Below are positions 47,546 to 55,340 of a DNA stretch of 59,892 bases, piece by piece (positions within the stretch are counted from its first letter, which is position 1; the number at the start of each line of letters is the position of its first letter). Source of the stretch: a virus (Duplodnaviria > Heunggongvirae > Uroviricota > Caudoviricetes); the IMG/VR virus record IMGVR_UViG_3300030032_000362; one strand, given 5' to 3'. The notes below the pieces were generated by a model. The model was given only the letters and a program-made list of their open reading frames with translations. It had not been told where the DNA came from and did no database searches. A program made the position numbers and the translations under genes.

Positions 47546-49141
47546 TTATACGGTTTCTATTTCTTCTTCAATTCCATAATAATCTCTTGCTTCTTTGAAA
47601 CTTTTTTCTGTTACTTGTCCATCATCCATATACAAGGTAGACATTGCTACATTTCTTGCATTATTGAATTCGGCATCTAACTTTCCATGGTTCTTTTTAT
47701 GACTTTTACATGCAGGATTCGCGCATATAAATACGGCTCTGGATTTTCTTTGTCCCGGCGCGTAGTTTCCGCACACACTACATGCCTGTGCATTATAACA
47801 TGGATTAACCTTTCTTACTATAATACCATATTTTTCTGCTTTATATGTAGTGTATTGCTGCATTTTATAATAACTCCAGTTCCGCAAAATGAAATCATTG
47901 GTATCATAACCAGTAAGATTTTCCAAATTGATATACTTTGCATTATTTTTCAATGCAAAATCCACAATTCTCTTACTAATCATATGACAGTATGTATTTG
48001 TAAAATGAGATTCGGCTTTAGCAACACGGTCTAATGCTTTCAGCTTTTTTGTCCTGCCGTGTCCGCCAGAAGCATCTTTCAATGATTTTTGCAATCTTCT
48101 TCTCTGTGCCTGTAATTTTGTGCGCACCCTAAGGAATTCGTCTGCGCTTCCAATAGCTAACCGTTCATATTCGTTATTATTTAATGCACACATAGCAGGC
48201 ACGACAACACCTAAATTTACACCAACAACAGTATTTTCGTCCAATGCACGAACTTTTTTAGGGATTGACAGCACTAAATTTAAAATAATTTTGTTTTTCT
48301 CAATTCCAATGCGGCTTCCGCAAAATTGATATTCTCCAGAATACATTTTCAGTAAAGTGGCAATTAATTCATCTTTGTTCTTTCTATGACGACCTGCACC
48401 TAAATTAATTTTAAAACGTGCAATCGTAGGACTCCCTGAACCTCCAAAATTAAAATATAAATTGGTGTCGTTGTCCCGGATATGGTCACATAATTCCTCA
48501 AAAGAGTCATAATCATGAGTAAAACTCATATTATCTTTATTAATAGAAAAAGGACTATCTGCTTTATAGGTAATAACTGATGATTTTCCGTCTAATACTC
48601 TTTTGCTATTTACCATATCTCTGATTTTTTTCTTTAAATCTTGCTTAAATGCAAATCCGTATGAGTTTAATGGATTTTCAATATCTAATTCATCGAATAA
48701 ACTTCCTTTGCTACTTCCTTTCACGCGGAGTCCATAATTAACCAAGTCATTAATTAACTTATTCCTTTCATTGAAATCCATTGTTTGCCCGTCGTTATGC
48801 AGCAACTCCAATATTACATAACTAATAATTGCATTCTTGCGAATAGCCTCGCTTGCCATCGCATTGCGAACTAAATCATATGTATAATCTGTTACGTTTG
48901 TCTGAGTAAGCATTCCGGATTCTTCAAATTTATTTTTCTGCTCCTCTAAAGAAGCCAATTTGTCTTTGATTTTTTGTTTTTCTTCTTTTTCTTTCGTTTT
49001 TGTCAACTTGTTTTTATAATATGCAATCTTATCAATATAAGACTGCTTCGTGTAATTCATCACCTTCTCTTCCCATTTTGGTCTATCAGAAAAAGTCGGA
49101 ATTAATGTAAGTTTTCTTGTAATTATACTTCTATCATTCAT
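47546..49141 (-). CDS. Cas12f/TnpB-family protein with inactivated RuvC (dCas12f-like)
   Basis: ITRKL N-terminus; RuvC-I VVGVNLG (D to N); HMISKRIVDFA; RuvC-II INLENL; LRNWSYY; CSVC/CANPAC zinc finger; RuvC-III DAEFNNARNVA (cf. NADxNAAxNIA, D to E). Confidence 0.88.
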   Translation of the reverse strand: MNDRSIITRKLTLIPTFSDRPKWEEKVMNYTKQSYIDKIAYYKNKLTKTKEKEEKQKIKDKLASLEEQKNKFEESGMLTQTNVTDYTYDLVRNAMASEAIRKNAIISYVILELLHNDGQTMDFNERNKLINDLVNYGLRVKGSSKGSLFDELDIENPLNSYGFAFKQDLKKKIRDMVNSKRVLDGKSSVITYKADSPFSINKDNMSFTHDYDSFEELCDHIRDNDTNLYFNFGGSGSPTIARFKINLGAGRHRKNKDELIATLLKMYSGEYQFCGSRIGIEKNKIILNLVLSIPKKVRALDENTVVGVNLGVVVPAMCALNNNEYERLAIGSADEFLRVRTKLQAQRRRLQKSLKDASGGHGRTKKLKALDRVAKAESHFTNTYCHMISKRIVDFALKNNAKYINLENLTGYDTNDFILRNWSYYKMQQYTTYKAEKYGIIVRKVNPCYNAQACSVCGNYAPGQRKSRAVFICANPACKSHKKNHGKLDAEFNNARNVAMSTLYMDDGQVTEKSFKEARDYYGIEEEIETV

Positions 49142-49224
49142 AAAATATTAGACAGCTTCTCGCATTTTAATTATGGAAAGAACTGTCGTCCTCCTTTCGT
49201 TTTCATGTCCCATGGTTTTTCGTC

Positions 49225-49338
49225 TTTTTTGCGCCTACATATTAATACTATTTTGCGTTTACACATTAAAATATATTATTAATATATAAACTTTAGCGAG
49301 TGGCAACACCCTCACCATTCGGCTGCAAAATCAGCCGC
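49225..49338 (-). ncRNA. tracrRNA-like scaffold, copy A, plus degenerate repeats in the cas12f leader
   Basis: GCGGCTG-ATTTTG-CAGCCG-AAT-GGTGAG..CTCGCT-AAAG starting 7 bp after the motif at 49345; followed by ..GTGTAAACGCAAAA and ..ATGTAGGCGCAAAA. Confidence 0.65.
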
Positions 49339-49419
49339 TATAAATAATATGTCTGTTTTAAGACGAAGTGAGAATCGTATTATGAGCATTTTTATGTGAA
49401 ATGGGTTTTGAATCAAAAT

Positions 49420-49930
49420 ACTTCCCCACCATAGCGGGATTTTCTTCATATACGGAATTATATTATGAGTAATTTTCCCCCCAATATCGTGAGGTCTTTT
49501 CTTGCTTACAATATCTATGATTAGGGACTTTGCGGATATTTTTGTCATATATGAAATCATATTATAATGAATTTATCTCACCATGATGGGATATATCATT
49601 TCCCCTCCTTATAGGGATTTACAGGAAAGATATTTTCCCAATATTTTGTTATATATGAGAATTTGCATTCCCCAGTATTAAGGAAGTCATATTTTACCCC
49701 AACATATCAGTGGACTTCTACAATCTCTTTTTCTCTCAATGATGGTGTTGTTATTATTTATTTCTCCCCACTATGGCAGTTTTACTTATCTCCCACTATG
49801 ACGGTATCATTTTCTTTACCACATCATCTCTTGCCCCCACAATAGAGGGAGCTCCCCTAAGCCGGTTTCATTCAATAAAGAAAAAATGCAGGGTTTTTAG
49901 AGGGGAAATTACAAGCAGGGTACATCCCAA
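49420..49930. repeat. Non-coding region with about 10 degenerate CCCCACNATA-like direct repeats (iteron/centromere-like)
   Basis: cttccccaccatag, ttccccccaatat, ttcccctccttata, ttccccagtat, ttaccccaacata, ctccccactatg, ctcccactatg, gcccccacaatag. Confidence 0.5.
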
Positions 49931-50110
49931 CGCAAAAAAAGCTCCCTTTCGTCCAATGATGATTTACTCTCACTGACAACAGGAAGCAGTTCTATGGATT
50001 TTTCTTATATATGAATTCTATATATATCATCTATTTACATCTCTTTTACACTCTCTTTTTACAGGATTGAAGGGAAATTCAAAATGGATTTTGATTTGAA
50101 AAATAAGGTT

Positions 50111-50160
50111 AAGTATAAACCTAATATACAATTTGTTAAAAAGTATATATACCTTTTTCT
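50111..50160. other. Candidate oriT
   Basis: GTATA..TATAC and AAAAGTATATATACCTTTT inverted repeats directly upstream of the MobV gene. Confidence 0.4.
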
Positions 50161-50217
50161 TGCTTTTGACGTAAAACAGACATATTAAAAGTATCATAAA
50201 TAAAGGAAGGTGATAAT

Positions 50218-51198
50218 ATGGCACTTGCAAAAAGTTGGTTTAGCATTCATCCAACAAATGGGAAAGTACATACTGCTGCACAGTTTAATGCTAAGTATAA
50301 TCATAATTATAGAGAAAAGACACCGATTAACGCAAATCCGGAAAAAGAACATTTAAATGAAGAACTGATAAAGCTAGAAGAGAATTCTTTTCAAGCAGCA
50401 TTTAAAAAGAAAATTAAACAAATGGATTATTATAATACTCATAAAGTACGCAAAAATGCGGTACGTGGCGTTGAATTCTCTCTTAATATTGGAACCGGAG
50501 AACTACCAGAAGGGTTTGATTTAGATGTATGGAAAGAAAAAAGCGTTAATTGGATAAAAGAAACCTTTGGAGATAATGCTATTTCGGCAGTTTTACATAT
50601 GGACGAGACAAGTCCTCACATTCATTGTATGGTTATACCGGAAGTAGATGGACGGTTATGCGCCAAAGAGATGTTTGATTATAAACATTTAGAGCAGTAT
50701 CAGGAATCATTTGCGCAGGTAGCGAAAGAATGCGGTCTTGATTCTCGCGTAAAACATTCTCGCGCTCACTATAATGATATTGCCTTATTCTATACCGCTA
50801 TCAATGATGCTACTATTGAAAAATTGCCAACGCCAGCAAAAGGTGAGTCTGTAGATGATTACTTTGAAAGAGCGCAATTGATATTTCAAAAGAAAATCTT
50901 TCAAAACTTAGATGTCAAACGAAAAATGGAAAAAGAGATTGATGAAATAAAAAATAATTCTCTCGATGAAACTGCTGAAAAAATTCGTATGATTCAAGAG
51001 GTTGAAGAGTTAAAGAAGATTATGGGAAATAATGTAGCAGAAATGAAGCGTAAACTGCAATTAGTAGAACGTATCAATTACGCTTTAAAAGAATGCCCGG
51101 ATGAAAAACTAGTATCTGAATCAGCAAGAAATATTGAAGCACTAGTTAATTGGGCGAAAGAACAAGAATTGGATATAGAAAAAGAGCATGTCAATTAA
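50218..51198 (+). CDS. mobV: MobV/Pre-family relaxase (plasmid recombination enzyme)
   Basis: HNYRE..NA, VRKNAV..VE, AVLHMDETSPHIH, C-terminal coiled coil. Confidence 0.9.
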   Translation: MALAKSWFSIHPTNGKVHTAAQFNAKYNHNYREKTPINANPEKEHLNEELIKLEENSFQAAFKKKIKQMDYYNTHKVRKNAVRGVEFSLNIGTGELPEGFDLDVWKEKSVNWIKETFGDNAISAVLHMDETSPHIHCMVIPEVDGRLCAKEMFDYKHLEQYQESFAQVAKECGLDSRVKHSRAHYNDIALFYTAINDATIEKLPTPAKGESVDDYFERAQLIFQKKIFQNLDVKRKMEKEIDEIKNNSLDETAEKIRMIQEVEELKKIMGNNVAEMKRKLQLVERINYALKECPDEKLVSESARNIEALVNWAKEQELDIEKEHVN

Positions 51199-51413
51199 GC
51201 AATGCCATTAAATTAAGAAATTTCAATATAAAAATACCCCTCCCAAACCTTTAATAAAAAGAAAAGGGAGGGGTATTTTTATTATTACATATTGTTCATA
51301 AGACCTATTGTGTTATATTGGCTTAAAAACATATCATAATAAGAATCATACGTTTTAGATAATGAGTATACGTTAATATCACTACATATAGGACTTGATA
51401 TATCTGGCATATT

Positions 51414-51605
51414 TTATCTTTCTTCCTTATTTTTCAATAGTTGCTCCGGATTTTGCTTCATAGCATCCATATACATACGTAAAGCTCTTTCGGTAGCAAT
51501 CGTTTTGGTTTGTCCAAGGTTTTCACAAAACTGCTCAAATTCCTCATGCAACGTCTTGTCGAGATATAAATTCAAATATCGACCGTCTTTCTTTGGTCTA
51601 GGCAT
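51414..51605 (-). CDS. Ribbon-helix-helix DNA-binding protein
   Basis: MPRPKKDGRYLNLYLDKTLHEEF..GQTKTIATERALRMY. Confidence 0.75.
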   Translation of the reverse strand: MPRPKKDGRYLNLYLDKTLHEEFEQFCENLGQTKTIATERALRMYMDAMKQNPEQLLKNKEER

Positions 51606-52098
51606 TCGTATCACCTACCTCGCCACTTGTATCATTTTTTCTGGCTGTACACGAATCATCGTTATCCATTACAATTACAGGTTCTACCCAATAAGCCAGA
51701 TATTGCATAGGCCATTCGTTACGAGCCTTTTCTCTACAGTATGCATCAAATATTTTTTCAAATTTTTCAGAAAATGGCTCGTAGTCAGTGTTGGCATCAA
51801 CGAAGCCTGAATTTTTACTTTCTTCTTTGAGATGGTTGCACTTGTATTTCCACCATTCATTCCAATGAATTGTTTCCACAGGAATCTTATTTTCATAAAG
51901 AATGATAACAACCTCACCGTCATCTTGCTTTTTCATCATTGCTGATAGACGATAATTATTCTTCTCGGCCTCTTCATAAGAAGGATATGTATAAGGGAAC
52001 AATATTTCAAACCCAATACTTCCGTCTTCGCAATAATCTTCAAAAGAACCTCCAAGTTTGTAGCCAATTTTCATTTTTAGTTTATCCATTTGCTTCAT
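51598..52098 (-). CDS. Hypothetical protein
   Basis: ORF overlapping the RHH gene start. Confidence 0.6.
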   Translation of the reverse strand: MKQMDKLKMKIGYKLGGSFEDYCEDGSIGFEILFPYTYPSYEEAEKNNYRLSAMMKKQDDGEVVIILYENKIPVETIHWNEWWKYKCNHLKEESKNSGFVDANTDYEPFSEKFEKIFDAYCREKARNEWPMQYLAYWVEPVIVMDNDDSCTARKNDTSGEVGDTNA

Positions 52099-52586
52099 CC
52101 TTTCCGTCTAAACTATAAACTCTATTTGCAATAAATTCTGCCTTAATTATTATAAACATGACGAAGGAAATTTAAACCTCCACCAACACCTATATAGTTC
52201 CTTACACACATTCACAATACTATATAGGAGTATTACTACCAGACCGAACTAATCACCACATATATATTCGTTAACATTATTATAACGCATAATTCAATAT
52301 TATTCAACTTCTAAAACAATAAAAAATCAGCCTTTTTAAAGTAACCACATCTAATCATTATTACGAAATCGGCTGTCTGGTTTGTGTACCGTGTAGCATA
52401 AGGATATTCACGACAGGAATATCAGTATTCCAAAACGGATATAGTAATTCCATATAGAATACTTTTATTCAGACTAACTAAAAAAATCCAGGCCTAAAAG
52501 CATATCTATTTTAAGATTTACGCAAATAAAAAATGCCTATCGTGGGTTTTATACCTCGATAGACATTTTCTTTTTTTACTTGAAGA

Positions 52587-52868
52587 TTAAATTAATTCAC
52601 ATAACACATTGCCAACATAACAATAATGTCTTTTCTGGACATGATTAATATTATTTCCATGATAGTATACTGGGTAATCAAAACGTCCATTGCCATTTGC
52701 TCTGTTTAACGCATCATCTAGCGTATTAACAAGAGATTTTGAATCAGCAACTAAACCCTTATGATACAAGAAAACAGAATCTCTATGATATTCTGCTCCG
52801 TATTCCTTTACATCATAGTCATCAATCAACCACATGTCTTTTTCCGGAGAATATGACACTAAATACAT
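52587..52868 (-). CDS. Hypothetical protein
   Basis: GGAGG RBS, coupled to the ATPase gene. Confidence 0.65.
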   Translation of the reverse strand: MYLVSYSPEKDMWLIDDYDVKEYGAEYHRDSVFLYHKGLVADSKSLVNTLDDALNRANGNGRFDYPVYYHGNNINHVQKRHYCYVGNVLCELI

Positions 52869-52870
52869 TA

Positions 52871-54634
52871 TTACACCTCCAACGAAATACAGTCTGCATT
52901 TGGCAGCGCAATATCTGTTGTGCTCGCCACAAACACATTGTCGTAATCAGGAACAAGAGCTTCAATAAAGGATAATGTCTTCTCCTGATTAGATTCATCC
53001 AGTTCATTAAGGTTGTCGATAAACAACATTTTATTGCCGGCTACTCGGTTAATGGCATTTAAAATAATCATGGTAACAATAACCTTTTCGCCATTGGACA
53101 GCATAGCATAATCTCTTGCCATATTGTCTTTACAAAAAATACACTTAACACCATTGTCAACGATTAACTTGACAGTAAAAGGAACGCTCATTGCCTGTGT
53201 GGTTTTAAGGATTTCGTCATTAAACACGGCAAAATATTTTTCCAACACTTTTTTTACCACGGTCCCTTTTGGGTCAGTGACTTTCACAAGTGCATCATAC
53301 AATTTAGCCCGAATAGATACCTTTTCGCATTCGGCTTTTGCTTTTGTGTATGCCTCAAAATCCTCTAAGGCTTTCTTTTTCATATCAATATCTGCTCTTT
53401 TCATCGACAAAAGGTCTTCGTCAATTACCTTGATTTTAGGCTGAATTGGTTTTTCCGGCAATTTAAATGCCGATAACTGTTTTTTTAAGTTCATATAATT
53501 CTGATACTTACTAAAACTATTCTGCAAAACTTCGATTTGCTTTGTCAAGGCATTTTCATACACTTTTAGTTCAGCGTATTTCTTATCACCGATTGCAAGA
53601 ATTTGTTTGTTCTTTGCAATAGATGCCTCTAATTCTCCTTTGATTTTTGTTTTGTCTGTAGAACAAACCAATTTTTCCGAGATTGGACAAATATTCGTAT
53701 TTAAATTGTCCAGTGTTTTCTTAAAAAGGCCCATATTGCTTTTGATTGTGCTGCAATAATTTCTGACCTGCATCATCTGCTCCTGCACGGCCTTTTTGTC
53801 CGCTTTGGCTTTTTCTAAATCTTCTTTTTTAGGTTCAAAAGTATGCGCTTTCTTTACCTTTTCTTCTAACTCAGATTTCTGATTTGCCATTAACTGATAT
53901 GTCTTTACTGCTTTTTCATATTCTTCTTTGGCAATTTTATTTGCCTTAGCCGCAGAAATCATTTCCTCAACTTCTTTGATGGCTTTGTGTAAATCTTCTT
54001 TAGAAAAATTAAGTTTAGAAATTTCATTGCATTTGCTCCGCTGTTCCTTCAACATTTTGTTGTAATTACGACGAGTCGCATAAAAATCCGAATACAGTCC
54101 GGATAATTCAGCCGGACCAAATTCATATCCCAGTTTATTTTCTAATGCAAGAAAAGCATCCTCTGGGAAATCAGCTGGCAAAAAGTCAACCAAATCATCC
54201 ATGGTTAATTTCTGATTTACCTTAGCATTTAAGTAATCTGCCAACTCCCGAGAAGATAATTTTTCAAATAACTCCGATGATGATAATACCCGGAAATCTT
54301 CTGCTTTCATCTTCGTTTCTTTCATCAAAGCATCGTAAAATTCTGCTTCCGTAACGTATTTGTTATCAGCTCGAAATTTATTCTGCTTCTCACGAGACAA
54401 AATACGTTCATAGGTATTTCCCTCTGTCGTAACAGAAATCGTAGCTATTGGACAGCCTTCACGAATAAAGACCTTATCCTTATTTGTATTGCCAAACAAA
54501 GATTCCATTGCCTGAAAGAAAGATGTTTTTCCACTTCCGTTTGGAGCAATTAAGGTGCCAATTTTAGAATTTGGAACATACTCCATTTTTTCAATCCCTT
54601 TAAAACCCTCAATTGCAATTTTCTTAATCTTCAT
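52871..54634 (-). CDS. Rad50/SbcC-like SMC ATPase
   Basis: Walker A APNGSGKT, coiled coils with central CPISEKLVC, LSNGE signature, LFIDNLNELD Walker B. Confidence 0.85.
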   Translation of the reverse strand: MKIKKIAIEGFKGIEKMEYVPNSKIGTLIAPNGSGKTSFFQAMESLFGNTNKDKVFIREGCPIATISVTTEGNTYERILSREKQNKFRADNKYVTEAEFYDALMKETKMKAEDFRVLSSSELFEKLSSRELADYLNAKVNQKLTMDDLVDFLPADFPEDAFLALENKLGYEFGPAELSGLYSDFYATRRNYNKMLKEQRSKCNEISKLNFSKEDLHKAIKEVEEMISAAKANKIAKEEYEKAVKTYQLMANQKSELEEKVKKAHTFEPKKEDLEKAKADKKAVQEQMMQVRNYCSTIKSNMGLFKKTLDNLNTNICPISEKLVCSTDKTKIKGELEASIAKNKQILAIGDKKYAELKVYENALTKQIEVLQNSFSKYQNYMNLKKQLSAFKLPEKPIQPKIKVIDEDLLSMKRADIDMKKKALEDFEAYTKAKAECEKVSIRAKLYDALVKVTDPKGTVVKKVLEKYFAVFNDEILKTTQAMSVPFTVKLIVDNGVKCIFCKDNMARDYAMLSNGEKVIVTMIILNAINRVAGNKMLFIDNLNELDESNQEKTLSFIEALVPDYDNVFVASTTDIALPNADCISLEV

Positions 54635-54742
54635 AATTACATTCCTCCTTAATTTTAGTTTTATATATATAATATGTCTGTTAAAGGCAGTAAAAAAGCG
54701 AAGAGCCTATAAGCCCCTCGCTTTACATTGGACGGAAAAATA

Positions 54743-54964
54743 CTATTTAAGCCATCGTTTTAGCCATTTGCAGTCTAGCTTATAAGCTAAAAATAATATT
54801 CCAACCTGAGCTGCTGTGTATAATAAGCACAGCAGCGTTGGAAGGCAGATACCCCATATGGGAATAATCAAATGGCATTTTATACGAAATAGCAGTAACA
54901 CAACAGATACAACAATTCCGCTAAGCATTAATCCTTTGCTTTTCATGAAACATGCAAAAAACAT
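54743..54964 (-). CDS. Small membrane protein
   Basis: Hydrophobic ORF, IPIW..CLP; start approximate. Confidence 0.5.
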   Translation of the reverse strand: MFFACFMKSKGLMLSGIVVSVVLLLFRIKCHLIIPIWGICLPTLLCLLYTAAQVGILFLAYKLDCKWLKRWLK

Positions 54965-54965
54965 G

Positions 54966-55262
54966 CTATCCTCTCCTTTTTTCAACTTTTATTTTTTTTG
55001 CTTTTACTTTTTTGGCTTTCACTTTTTTCTTTGTCTCTTTTTTCGCTTTAGTTGTAGCTTCTTTAGCAACTTCCTTTACGGAAGAAAATTTATTCATAAT
55101 ATATTTAGGTACGGTAGAGCCTCCTGCAATAATCATTGCTCCTCCATATACAACAATAAACGCTTTAATTAGGAATCTAACAATTCCCTTTGCGATTGAT
55201 ACAACGACACAAATTACTGCGATGAAAGCCAAAACTCCAATAATTGTAAGTAATATTTTCAT
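54966..55262 (-). CDS. Small membrane protein with Lys-rich tail
   Basis: AAGGAGG RBS, motif at 55293. Confidence 0.7.
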   Translation of the reverse strand: MKILLTIIGVLAFIAVICVVVSIAKGIVRFLIKAFIVVYGGAMIIAGGSTVPKYIMNKFSSVKEVAKEATTKAKKETKKKVKAKKVKAKKIKVEKRRG

Positions 55263-55340
55263 AATTACTTCCTCCTTTCATCTTTATATTATTAATATGT
55301 CTGTTTTGGCTCGCCATGAAAACCATATTATAACGATTTT

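Larger units (their letters stand above)
6999..55305. promoter_or_regulatory. Dispersed 13-bp motif AACAGACATATTA (about 26 copies) upstream of element genes
   Basis: taatatgtctg(tt) on + at 6999, 11089, 12459 (variant), 14052, 16180, 16224, 18574, 19208, 20900, 23242, 23939, 26393, 26442, 27276, 27835, 29506, 33510, 36173, 38231, 42457, 43995, 45938, 49345, 54670, 55293; inverted copy at 50175-50187 before the + strand mob gene. Confidence 0.9.

Noticed and set aside
47546..49141. Active IS200/IS605 or IS607 transposon TnpB
   Set aside because: No tnpA or evident transposon ends; catalytic residues are substituted; flanking RNA-like modules look Cas12f-type.
5609..49357. Classical conjugative leading region relative to an oriT near 50111
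   Set aside because: The genes point away from that site, whereas leading-region genes normally point toward oriT; not supported without knowing the nick strand.
49312..50230. Short ORFs in the cas12f-mobV intergenic region
   Set aside because: No RBS or protein-like composition; they overlap regulatory repeats.
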